Below are positions 51,887-64,000 of a stretch of 64,000 bases of DNA, in pieces. A model generated the notes under the pieces. It was not told the origin of the DNA, made no database searches, and worked only from the letters and a program-made list of their open reading frames with translations. Source of the stretch: Eledone cirrhosa (taxonomy: Eukaryota); NCBI GenBank assembly GCA_964016885.1, contig OZ024741.1, positions 47,740,001 to 47,804,000 on the forward strand, given 5' to 3'. A program made the translations under genes and the position numbers. Position 1 is the first letter of the stretch; the number at the start of each line of letters is the position of its first letter.

Positions 51887-52559
51887 TATAGGTTTAGCGC
51901 ACTTGATTACGATAGAAATAAAATGTCTGTTTTTTTGTGTATTTTGTTTCCGTTTTCCTAAATGTTGTGTGTGTACAGAAGAGTCTGAATTACATTACAT
52001 GTAAACAAATAAATATGCTGCGTAAGTTAAATGAAACGTACTGTAGAAGGCAGTTGTTTATTAACAGCGAAATAAGGTTTTTTTTTGTTTTTTTTTCCCC
52101 TGATACTGCTTCTTTATAGTAAACTTTCAATAATATTTTTTTTTTCCAAATTATTAACTTTCAGCTGCTAGTATATATATATAATTAAAAGGTGTATGTG
52201 GGTTAGAAGCGAGGTCAATGTTAAGAAATATTTTACCAATGTAAATTGGTAAAATTGGACGGTATAGTGTCTCACACGAAATAGTGTGGTTTCTTTTCAC
52301 GTGTGTGTATATGCATATGGTATGTATCTGTATATAAATCTGTGTGTATATTGTTGTTTATATGTTTTGTGGAGTACTTACTGCGATCCTTAAGGGACGT
52401 AGTGATTTGTTTTGTTTTGTTTTCCTTTTTTCCCCGTCCATGTCCACACGTGGTTTGTTGGCGAAAATCAAGTCAAATTATATATACTTCGTTAAAATAA
52501 TTCTATCTTGAAACTGGTACTAGTTGTCAGGGAACAGTGAAAGTAATTGTGATAATGAT

Positions 52560-52922
<363 letters not shown>

Positions 52923-53733
52923 TTGTACGATGCCTGCACACGAACAGCAATGTTGCATGGCAGTGAGACCTGGGCATTGTGTGCAGAGGATATACGCAGA
53001 CTAGAGAGGAACGAAGCTTGCATGCTCCGCTGGATGTGTAACAGTAATATACGTGAACGGCAAAGCATAAACGAACTAAGGAAAAAATTAGAGATAAGAG
53101 GGATCAGATGTTGTTTACTCGAGAGAAGGCTACGTTGGTATGGACACGTGATGCGCATGAAAGTCGATAGCTGTATAACAAAGTGCAGGGCAATAAAGAT
53201 AGACGGTAGCCACGGAATAGGCAGACCTAGAAAAACCTGGGACGAGCTGATAAACTCCGACCTCACACACTTACACCTCACCAAGACAATGTCACTGGAC
53301 CGAGACCTTTGGCGGTACTCAGTAACAGAGAAGACCCGCCTTACCTAAATACATAGTAAAACCTACTACAGCCAGTAGGCATCTCTAACAAAATACACCC
53401 CGTCCCACCACCACCACCCCCACACCACCCCGTTCTATGTAAAGTTATGTTGGTGCCGCGCCATCCGGGCCGAAACAAATGAGATCGTGTAGGTGTCACG
53501 ACAAAAAAACACACAGTCCACGCTGTAATGTGGCCGTGTAGGCAACACGGTAAAAACCTCCCAGACCCACACTGTAAATGTGGTTGGTGTTAGGAAGGGC
53601 ATCCAACTGTAGAAAACCTGCCAGATAGTCCTATGCGAGCAAGACAATCACTCTTGCCTCAAGTGGGACTACCCCCGTCCAAACCCATGCAAGCGTGGAA
53701 CATGGACGTTAAACGTTGATGATGATGATGATG
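52923..53733 (+). mobile_element. RTE LINE 3' fragment (family 1)
   Basis: [17 protein letters not shown]...RLRWYGH..GRPRKTW; UTR as in 27700-28210 and 44238-44620. Confidence 0.9.
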
Positions 53734-53753
53734 ATATGTATATATATATATAC

Positions 53754-53790
<37 letters not shown>

Positions 53791-53796
<6 letters not shown>

Positions 53797-54627
53797 ATAA
53801 AATGGGGAGAAAAATACTGCTGGTAGCACATGGATAACATGTAATAAAATAAGTCCCTCATCAGTGATTTGCCGACGATCATAGATATTTCATTGCATTA
53901 AAAATCATATACCTCACGTCGGTGCAATAATAACTAAATTAAGTTATTAGGACAATTAAAACGCGTAAAGCGAGTGAGACAAGAAAACAACAAAGAGTAG
54001 AGCTAACCGTAGAAGGAAGGAGACAAGCTTCATAGTTATTCTGTTAGCATAAGCTAGGTGAATATATGAGCGCTTAGAAAAAAGATCTTTCACGAACGAA
54101 TGCAATGTGAGAAAAGAGAGAAATTGCTTTCTTCGCGAACGGAGTGAAGTGAGGAGAGGAGAAACAGTGAGTGAGTGAGTGGAAGTGTGAGGAAGAGTTA
54201 ACTGACATGACAGAGGGGGCGAAAGAAAGTAGGAGAAACAGAGAGAATGGGGGAGCAGTAGGAGAGAGAGAGAGAGAGAAAAACAGAATCGCAGTTTGGG
54301 TAAATATATGTAATAAAATGGGGAGAAAAATACTGCTGGTAGCACATGGATAACATGTAATAAAATAAGTCCCTCATCAGTGATTTGCCGACGATCATAG
54401 ATATTTCATTGCATTAAAAATCATATACCTCACGTCGGTGCAATAATAACTAAATTAAGTTATTAGGACAATTAAAACGCGTAAAGCGAGTGAGACAAGA
54501 AAACAACAAAGAGTAGAGCTAACCGTAGAAGGAAGGAGACAAGCTTCATAGTTATTCTGTTAGCATAAGCTAGGTGAATATATGAGCGCTTAGAAAAAAG
54601 ACCTTTCACGAACGAATGCAATGTGAG
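53791..54627 (-). repeat. Partial tandem repeat, 516-bp unit (about 1.65 copies); possible Penelope pLTR/retrozyme
   Basis: 53791-54111 recurs almost exactly at 54307-54627; the minus strand has a CT-rich block and an atcaCTGATGAggg core, but no intact GAAA partner was found. Confidence 0.6.
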
Positions 54628-55764
54628 GACAGTGCAAACTTTGTACAGAGGTGCTGTCAGTAAAGTGAGAGTAGGAATGGAGTTTAGTGAGGAATTGCAG
54701 ATACAAGTAGGAGTACATCAAGGTTCGGTCCTCAGCCCGCTCTTGTTCATTATAGTCCTCCAAGCCATAACAGAGGAGTTTAAGACTGGCTGTCCATGGG
54801 AACTCCTCTATGCTGACAATCTGGTTCTTATAGCAGAATCAGTAGAGGAGCTAGAGAATAAATTCTGGCTATGGAAACAGCAGTTGGACTCAAGAGGACT
54901 GAGAGTGAACCTAGCTAAGACAAAAGTGTTGTTGAGTAGAAAAGAGGACAAAACTCTGATTTCATCAGGGAAATGGCCATGTTCGATATGCAGAAAAGGA
55001 ACTGGCATAAATTCTATAAAATCTACACAATGCAGATCTTGGGTACACAAGAGATGTAGTGGGATAGCAGGCAAACTAACAGGTAGGGAGAAATACGTAT
55101 ACAGTAGATGTACAGGGAAATTTGACAGTAGAAGTCGCATTGATAGACAAATGCAGGTGGGTACTATAGAAGTGGTTGATAGTTTCTGGTACCTAGCTGA
55201 TCAGATTAGCATGGGAAGGGGTGTTCCGAGGCCATAGTATCTAGAATAAGGATGGGTTGGAAGAAGTTATGGGAGCTGCTTCCTCTGCTGACGAAGAAGG
55301 TTTTCTCCCTGTGTACGAAAGGCCAGTTATATGATGCCTGTGTAAGGAGCGCGATGCTGCATGGTAGTGAGACATGGACAGCAACTGCAGAGGATATGCG
55401 ATGGCTGGAGTAAAATGAGGCAAACATGCTCCGTTGGATGTGCGTGAACGACTGAGCATGGATGTCTCAAGAGAGAAACTGTGTCTGAGAGGGATAGATT
55501 GTAGTGTGCGAGAAAGGAGACTGCGGTGGTATGGACATGTGATGCGAATGGAGGATGACCGATGAGTGAAGAAGTGCCAAGAAATGTCAGTTGAAGTAAG
55601 ACGTAGTAGAGGTAGACCACAAAAAACTTGGGCCGAGGTGGTGAGAGCATACCTCAGATTGCTGAAGCTCACGATGGAGATGACGAAGGACCATGACAAG
55701 TGGAGAGATGCTGTGCTGAATAGGACCCGTCCCACCCTTGCAAGCAGGGAAAAGCGGACGAAAA

Positions 55765-55796
<32 letters not shown>
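54622..55796 (+). mobile_element. RTE LINE fragment (family 1)
   Basis: VHQGSVLSPLLF, LLYADN, KWPCSIC..WVHKRC, HGSETW; (gat)n tail; closely related to 12895-13735. Confidence 0.88.
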
Positions 55797-56321
55797 ATTA
55801 TATATTATACTTTACGTTATAGTTTGACGTTTATAGGCGATTTTTCACTCTTCGTGGGTACTCTAGGAACATAACCCCTGTGAATACCAGGGGACGACTG
55901 TACATATGTGTTTCTGACAGAAAGTTATTTGTCACTAATATACTTGGACATCTCAATGAAAAGAATCAGAGAAGCATTTAAACAGATTATTTAATGCCAA
56001 AACATCAATTGGGGGGAATACAAGCAAGTGAATTTATGTCCAAAATAAGCTGGACAACAAAGGTATGTGACATGTTCAAGATACAGACCAATAAACTTAT
56101 TAGGGATAGCCAGTTGGTTTGGGAGAAGCCAAAAATAGTAAGAGAAATGGCCACATCGTTTGGAGGACTCAGTGGTCAGTGAGATTGCTGGAAGTCAGTA
56201 AACAAGTAGCTGAGATACTTTTGCCAATTTCTGTTATAAGCCCTCCATTCTGAATTTGCTCAGTTCTGATGCCCCTTTTTGGTAGAAAACTGTAACATAA
56301 TGAAGAGTCTTTCCTATTTAA

Positions 56322-56529
56322 CACTTGAGCATTTACTTTACTCTATATTTACTATTATATTTTCATGGTAAAGTCCTTACCTCACATAATATGGAATCTA
56401 TGAGATTTTGATAGTATTTATTTTGAGAACAATACCTTAACATCAGTATGAGTGGCCAGTTACAGCCGGTTTGAGCAGAAAGAGGGGAGGGAATTTTGGC
56501 CAGATATATCTGGTTTAAATGCTAAAGGG
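56322..56529. mobile_element. TTAA-CCC MITE, family A
   Basis: Homologous to 4410-4610; ends taaatgctaaaggg|ttaa. Confidence 0.75.
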
Positions 56530-56762
56530 TTAAACCCCCAAAGTGACCAATTTCTTAACATTTCTGGTCCCAAATACATAGCAGAGATATTTTGGCTGAA
56601 CATGATGAGTTGAAGTTAGAGTCTTATAGTGCGAAGTACCATGTATTGGGAATTTATGAATGAGTTATTGCATCCCTACATGAGGGGCTATCACTACCTT
56701 TAATGTCAACTAGGCAACCACGGAGGATGTAGACCTCAGAGAAACACATTACTGAACCATAA

Positions 56763-56933
56763 CCCTTTAGCATTTACATTACTCTATATACACTAGTGTA
56801 TTTTTGTGGTAAAGGCTTTATCTCACATAATATCGAATCTATGAGATGTTGATGTTATTTATTTTGAGACTAGTTCGAACAGAAAGAGGTGAGAGAATTC
56901 TGGTCAGATATGGCCAGTTTAAATGCTAAAGGG
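56763..56933. mobile_element. TTAA-CCC MITE, family A (internal deletion)
   Basis: ccctttagcattta ... taaatgctaaaggg|ttaa. Confidence 0.75.
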
Positions 56934-58019
56934 TTAAAGGATCATAATTTTATACAATTTTGTATAATTAAATAAAATATATTTCATAATAGAATGTTGT
57001 AGCTTGCTTGAAGCATTGTGTATAGTATATAATGTAGAAAGTGATATATTTAATCTTTAACAAGCTGTCGGTGACATATGGCACTACAGAATAATCTCCC
57101 CTTAATAGATAATGCAGTATCAAGGGAAACAACTCATATAAATTACTAGCGTGCTAAAGATTAAGAAGGCTAAGACAATCTGAAATAGATGGTAAAATGA
57201 AGGCAACAAAAAGCTTATCTGGTATTTCATGTTTTTTTGTTTTTTTTTGTCCTAATATTTCGGGTCTTAAAAATCCCTTCTTCAGAGTGTGGGGAACTCT
57301 CAGAGCAAAATGTTCCAGTTTTATCGCTTAGAAATTTCATTTAAATATCAAATTTCAAAACTGCTTTTGAGCATTGTTTTGAAGTTTGCTGTCATCCACG
57401 AGAAGCAAGAGGATAACGTTAACTGCAATATATTTCCTGTGAATAATAAATAAGTCGCTAAACATCTTTGTTGTATGTACTCTAGAAATATACAGTGAAG
57501 GCACATGGCTCTGTGGTTAGGGTATTTGGCTTACAATCATAAGGTTGTGAGTTTGATTCCTGGTGGTGCATTGTGTCCTTAAACGAGACACTTTATTTCA
57601 TGTTGCTCCAATTAACTAAGCTGGCAAAAGTGAATTTTACCTGTAGTTTGAATGGCCAGCCTTGTCACATTCTATTTCATCTTGAATTTCCCTGAGAACT
57701 ATGTTAAGGGTACGTGTGTCTGTGGAATGCTCAGCATGTTAATTTCATGAGAAGGCTGTTCCGTTGATCAGATCAACTGGAATACTCATCATTGTAGCTG
57801 ACGGAGTGCCTCAGTCAGTAGAAATATCCAGAATGAGGAAGAGGATCATATGGTGTTACTTGATTTAATGTGGGTGAACGTGGCCGGTGTACTGGAAAAT
57901 GCAGGCTTAGTAATTTTCTTAGTGTGGCCAGAGCTAGAATTGTCAAATACTAGGTTTGCTAACTTACTAAACTGTAAGTTGGAATTATTTTATTTGGGAA
58001 AATAGGCTTCTACTGAGAA

Positions 58020-58720
58020 TTAGTGCTGCCAAGACTGAGACACTCATCCTCTCAAGAGACCTTGCACACGATATTCAGCATGTGAGTAGAGTTCCACTGA
58101 AGCAGGTGGAGGAGTTCAAATATCTTGGTGCCATTTTCACAAGTGATGGAAGGCAGGAAGCTGAATTAAGTGTAAAAATTGCAGGAGCTGGCACAGTAAT
58201 GTGCCAGATTTAGAATTTGGTCATCAGAAGAAAGGTAGGTGTAAAAGCCAAACTCACTATCTTCACTTTGGTATTTGTGCCAACCCTTACCTATGATTGT
58301 GAATGTTGGGTAATGACTGAAAGAATATGATCACAAATACAAGCAGCCAAAATGTGGTCCTCCGAAGGGTCATTGGAGTAACATCAATCGATAGAGTGCA
58401 TAGCTTGGAGATCAGAGAGTTGCTCTGGTTAGAGTCACTACTTCTCTGAATTGAAAGATCACAGCTCCTATACTATGGGCATGTGGCCAGAATGTCTTAG
58501 GAAAGAATCACTCGACAGATTTTACAGATAAAACCAACCAGCTCGAGACCCAGAGGTAGACCCCGAGTAAGACGGCTGGATATCATCCATGACCTTGATT
58601 GAACTTGATTGGGGATCCAGGTGGATCAATTGGATACAGTTGCTTCTAATAAGACCCTCTGGATGGTGTATCTGGGGACTCTGCCCCCACGATTCTCCCA
58701 GGAATAAGTGGGCAAAGAAT
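58020..58720 (+). mobile_element. RTE-type LINE fragment (family 2, no PHD insert)
   Basis: Manual translation KTETLILSR..VPLKQVEEFKYLG..FTSDG..PTLTY.CE.W..RPRGRPR; heavily decayed. Confidence 0.7.
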
Positions 58721-59564
58721 TTGAAGGGGTAGTATAGGGCTAGCATAGCATGTTGAATATCCAAGAGTCAGCTCTGTATATAGGGATGTATTTAAGCAGT
58801 TTTTCCAAGCAGTAGATGATCAAGACTTATCTGTGGAATTCTGTGGTAGACGAAATAAAAAACAAAAAACTGGACAATTTAAGCACAAGATGTTTTGCTG
58901 TAACGTACTGAAACAGGAAAATTGCTGTTGAGTAGGATGTAGATATATTCAGCTTTTGTTTTGTATGTTATTCATTTTATCTATTGTCATTTTGTAATTA
59001 AATTGAAAAATGATATTCTTACAGAAACATTTTGTTTCCCTATTTATAATGAAAGGCAATCATAATATAATAAAGGGAGGAGTGCAGGACTGTGTCCTGA
59101 ATATATTTTTTTTATCCCATTAGTAAAATAAGTTAGATTACTTTGAATAAATAATGAATGAATATTACATAATTTATGTACTAAATTTCGTAGCTGTTGA
59201 TTAAACATAAATATTCTTATATATAATGATTGGTGTTAGGAAGGGCATCCAGCCATAGAAAACCTGTGAGACAGTCCTATACTAGCAAGACAACCAATCT
59301 TGCCTCAAGTGGGACAATTCCCGTCTAAACCTATGCTAGCATGGAAGATAGATGTTAAACGATGATGATGATGATGATGATTGCTTATTTTAAGATTCAC
59401 TTCTTTTAAAATTTTCAAATGTCTACACTTCCGGTTAGCGTCCGTACACTATATCACATCACTTATATAAACGTTTATATATTTGCATCGTTATATCATA
59501 ATGTTTACATTTCCTTGCAGAAACAGGGCAGTTTCAGGAAGTTTGGTGTAAAACATTTATCTTT

Positions 59565-60590
59565 CTTCTTCTCCCACTTATTCCTGGAAGGGTCGTTGGA
59601 GAAGAGTTCTCAAATATACATTCCAGCAGGTCCTGGCAGAAGCAACCATATCCAATTGATCCAGCTGGATCTGCAAATGAGCTCATGGATGTTATCCAAC
59701 CATCTTGTTTGCGGTCTAGCCCTGGGACGTCTGCCGGTTAGTTTTGACCATAAAATCTGTCCTGAGACATTCTAACCACATGTTCATAGTGTCAGAGCTG
59801 TGATCTTTCAATTCAGAGAAGTCACTGTTTTACTTGGAGTGACTCTCTGATCTCTAAGCTATGCACTCTATCAAGTAACTTTACTTCAAAGATCCTTCAG
59901 AGGAACCCTTTTCCAGCTGCTCATATTTGCGATCATATTCTTTTTTTTTATCATTACCCAAGATTCATGACCATAAGTAGAATTGGCACGAATACTGACT
60001 TGAAGATGACTAATGCATTACAGTACCAGCTCCTGCAATTGTTGCACTTAATTCAGCCTCCTGCCTTCCATCACTAGTGAAAACAACCTTGAAATACTCA
60101 AACATTTCCACCTGCTTCAGTGGAACTCCATTCACATGTAGGGTGCACTGCGTAGGCTTCCTTGAAAGGATGAGTGTCTCAGTCTTCACGCCACTGATTT
60201 TTATTCCAGCCCATGGCATCAAATCTATCACAGGCAATGTTGGCGATCACCTTCTGTCAAGTTGAGTAATACAAATTGCCTGCAATTTCCAGCTGATTGA
60301 CCTACACCTGCCTGTCTTGATACCATTTCCAACCCCGCTTCGTTTGTCAATACTGTTGTTGAAGATTATGAACAAAAGAGCTGACAGTATGTGCCCATGG
60401 CAGAATCTGACTCCCACATTGAATGATTTTGTCTTAGCATCATTTATCAGAACACAAATACTAGTGCATTCATATAGAGATATCAGGGCAACAAGAAGCT
60501 GTCCATGAATCCCATACTCCTGTAGAATGTTCCCCAATAGGTCCACGGGAACCGGATGCAATCTTGTTCTGCTTTGCAAAACGTCTTTCA
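59565..60590 (-). mobile_element. RTE-type LINE fragment (family 2), tail-to-tail with 58020-58720
   Basis: [48 protein letters not shown]. Confidence 0.7.
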
Positions 60591-60649
60591 GAGATACTGC
60601 GCATATATATATATATATGTATATATATATGTATATATATATATATGTA

Positions 60650-60757
<108 letters not shown>

Positions 60758-60885
60758 CATGGAAAGTTATATTTAAATTGTTGGGTTACAACTAGTAAAT
60801 ATTTATAACTGATATAAAAGCACTCGACAAATATTTGGAGTATATTGACAATATTAAATGGAAACTATATTTATAAAACCATATC

Positions 60886-60951
60886 TATTTCACCATATAT
60901 ATTTCAGGGATATCATATTAACAATATGCTATGCCTTCCTCAGACAAAATA
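60886..60951 (-). ncRNA. Hammerhead ribozyme with mutated cleavage triplet (AUG)
   Basis: Minus strand tattttgt CTGAGGA agg..cct GAAA tatat ATG gtgaaata. Confidence 0.65.
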
Positions 60952-62339
60952 CAATATAAACAGTTTTATAGATAAATAGATTCGACATACCGTAACAACA
61001 TCGACTTGTATTTGAAAAGGTTGATTTGGCAGTGAAAAAATTGTACACAGAGAGAAAGAAAGAGAGAAAAAAAGGAAAGAAAGACAGAAAACGAAGAAAA
61101 AGAAGTAAAAGAAGAAACGCATGGAACAAAATAGAGAGATGGAAAGATAGACAAAGAGAAGAACTCCATGCAAAGAAACAGAAAGAGATCTATATATATA
61201 TAGAGAGAGGAAATAGAGATAGATACATATATATAGAAAACTAGGTAGTGGGACGTCTGTCGAGTAAACGTATCAATGATACACCCACCCATTCACTCAC
61301 CTACTCAGCTCTAGTATCAATGCAAGGGAGACATACGGAGAGAAACCAGCTGTTATACAGAGAGAGAAAAAATATATAGAGAGAAAAAATATAGAGAGAG
61401 AAAAAATTTAAAAATAGCCAGACACAGGCGAGGCGTAAAAAACCCCATGTTTTAATGTAGAGGTATTAGTATTTATAAAAACCAGCCACTATATTGTAAA
61501 TATCAGTATTCCTGAACGGGACATGCATCCACAATGTGTGAAAATCAATGATCCCACGCCTAGTTTTTAAAAAAAAATTCATATGTTTATGTGATAACTA
61601 CAAACATCTATGTGAATCCACATGATCAACTCCGCAAACCCCAAGTTCACGGAAAACACTCCCAATGTGGTATAAAAATCTAAGTATACACACATGTGTA
61701 TATATATACACACAAATACACATAGAGTCAATATTACTATTCCTGTCCCTACTCCACAAGACCATCTATCAAGCAGAAATAGAGAGCAGATTTCAATACA
61801 CCAATAAAAATATATATCAGAAACAAAACTAAAAAATAACAATAATAATAATAAGTAATAATAAAATAGAAAACTAAAAAATATTACGAAAGAATATTAC
61901 ATATTAAAAATATTACATATTAAAAAATTTACATATTAAAAATATTAAAAATAAAAAATATTAGAAAATACTACAATAATAAAAATAAAAATAAACCACA
62001 AAGATCAACCCTCCAAAACCAACCGACAACATACCGCCAAGCTCACCACAAGCATCAGAGTCGAAAAACAGACAAAGCCAAAAACCATCCATCAAATCGC
62101 ATCTAGCAAAGATCACTTCAAAAAGTTTAGGACGCCCAATCTGGTCCACATGTGTTCCTACATTCAATATAGAAGTTCATCCAGTGCAACGCCTATTCGA
62201 AACACTTGGAGCATCAACCTCTAGGGCAGCCCAACTCCCCACGAAGAATGCCTAAATAAAAATAAAATAAAAATAAAAAAGAATAAAAAGAAGGAATCAA
62301 AGATTTATCGGCCAGTTTCCCATATAATCATAAATCAAA

Positions 62340-62888
62340 CTAAACACACCACATCCCAAACCTAAACTTATATCCAAACGTTGAGTTCAATCCATGTCTG
62401 CAACAACCGAACAAATTTGTCCGTAGACCAAGGGAATCCCCAGACCTTAGTATAAAGAACATCTCCCCCGCGCAGAGGCCACATGTCCCAGAGGATGAAC
62501 CAAAAGGAATCCCTCTTGAGACCACACTCCAAGCCGTCGAATATCCAACGCCATCTAGCCCAAGTTGCCAGAGCACGCCTGACAGTGCCGTTGAAGACCC
62601 CCCGCCTGGACCCGCGAAAGAACCCCCGTGGCTACCACAGCGAAGTCCAAACTCCGTCGATGTGGAACCGACGCAGCCAAAAGAATTAGAGTCAGTATCA
62701 ACATCACAATTGCATACCATACCTCTAACCAAGCAGCCGTTATTCAACGGACATCCAGATCCATCTCCACAGCCACATCTGTCAACTTGTACATCACCCA
62801 TGCTATTATCACTAGGTTTTAAGTTCCCATTATCCACTCCATCAACATCCTGTGCCAAATTTTTGGTGGACAAGTAGGTCAATCTCAC
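62340..62888 (-). pseudogene. Penelope-type GIY-YIG endonuclease domain, A->G hypermutated
   Basis: CGC...CPL..CL, MVC, GCVG, FGLRCGSHGGSF, TALS..W.L, CGLC..E and CRH become the Penelope motifs CNC..CPL..CL, IIY, NYIG, FKLRYNNHK.SF, CNLC..E and CRHK when only G->A reversions are applied. Confidence 0.85.
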
Positions 62889-63527
62889 CGTATGTCCATT
62901 GAAAACTGAGCGACACCCAATAGGTTAAAAAACTAGGCGTGGGATCATTGATTTTCACACATTGTGGATGCATGTCCCGTTCAGGAATACTGATATTTAC
63001 AATATAGTGGCTGGTTTTTATAAATACTAATACCTCTACATTAAAACATGGGGTTTTTTACGCCTCGCCTGTGTCTGGCTATTTTTAAATTTTTTCTCTC
63101 TCTATATTTTTTCTCTCTCTGTATAACAGCTGGTTTCTCTCCGTATGTCTCCCTTGCATTGATACTAGAGCTGAGTAGGTGAGTGAATGGGTGGGTGTAT
63201 CATTGATACGTTTACTCGACAGACGTCCCACTACCTAGTTTTCTATATATATGTATCTATCTCTATTTCCTCTCTCTCTATATATATAGATCTCTTTCTG
63301 TTTCTTTGCATGGAGTTCTTCTCTTTGTCTATCTTTCCATCTCTCTATTTTGTTCCATGCGTTTCTTCTTTTTCTTCTTTTTCTTCGTTTTCTGTCTTTC
63401 TTTCCTTTTTTTCTCTCTTTCTTTCTCTCTGTGTACAATTTTTTCACTGCCAAATCAACCTTTTCAAATACAAGTCGATGTTGTTACGGTATGTCGAATC
63501 TATTTATCTATAAAACTGTTTATATTG

Positions 63528-63593
63528 TATTTTGTCTGAGGAAGGCATAGCATATTGTTAATATGATATCCCTGAAATATATATGGTGAAATA
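63528..63593 (+). ncRNA. Hammerhead ribozyme with mutated cleavage triplet (AUG)
   Basis: tattttgt CTGAGGA aggcatagcatattgttaatatgatatccct GAAA tatat ATG gtgaaata; inverted copy of 60886-60951. Confidence 0.65.
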
Positions 63594-63631
63594 GATATGG
63601 TTTTATAAATATAGTTTCCATTTAATATTGT

Positions 63632-64000
<369 letters not shown>

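Larger units (their letters stand above)
47471..52558 (-). mobile_element. CR1 LINE, full-length and nearly intact (copy B)
   Basis: 5' UTR, ORF1, APE and RT all present; one frameshift in ORF1 and one near 49830 in ORF2. Confidence 0.93.
60760..63631 (-). mobile_element. 5'-truncated Penelope-like retroelement with inverted pLTR arms, A->G hypermutated
   Basis: Arms 60848-61570 and 62925-63631 are near-perfect reverse complements, each with a hammerhead; the spacer holds a GIY-YIG domain and UTR; (TA)n on both sides. Confidence 0.88.

Noticed and set aside
57245-57295. Minus-strand CTGAAGA aggg...ccc GAAA tatta motif
   Set aside because: Stem II is plausible but stem I does not form; at best a decayed HHR
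60929-61292. Duplicated small hydrophobic or basic ORFs (mirrored at 63187-63550)
   Set aside because: Products of the CT/GA low-complexity block in the inverted pLTR arms; no coding signal
62340-62888. Novel Gly/Cys-rich host protein
   Set aside because: Motif spacing matches a Penelope GIY-YIG domain, and the composition is explained by A->G substitutions

Overview
AT-rich, repeat-dominated eukaryotic (animal) DNA. The SINE/RTE tails, (TA)n tracts and TTAA-CCC MITEs suggest a cephalopod, probably octopus-like (inference). The only host coding sequence found is the last exon of a penta-EF-hand gene (PDCD6/ALG-2-like, 1932-2033). The rest is a mosaic of transposable elements: a near-intact Gypsy LTR element inside a foldback MITE, a hAT/Buster element with 8-bp TSD, a Merlin fragment, two full-length CR1 LINEs, a Tx1/L1-type LINE with a 130-bp flanking duplication, many RTE LINE fragments, SINEs, MITEs and several Penelope-type pieces with hammerhead ribozymes. 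The standout is a Penelope-like element at 60760-63631 with ~700-bp inverted arms. Its GIY-YIG endonuclease and UTR carry dense, one-strand A->G substitutions, consistent with an ADAR-hyperedited RNA that was reverse-transcribed and fixed in the genome; the same type of change destroys the hammerhead cleavage triplet in both arms. Other leads are a candidate -1 frameshift signal at the CR1 ORF1/ORF2 junction, a PHD finger inside the RT of one RTE family, and a miniature palindromic double-hammerhead element. All calls are by eye; no database searches were run.
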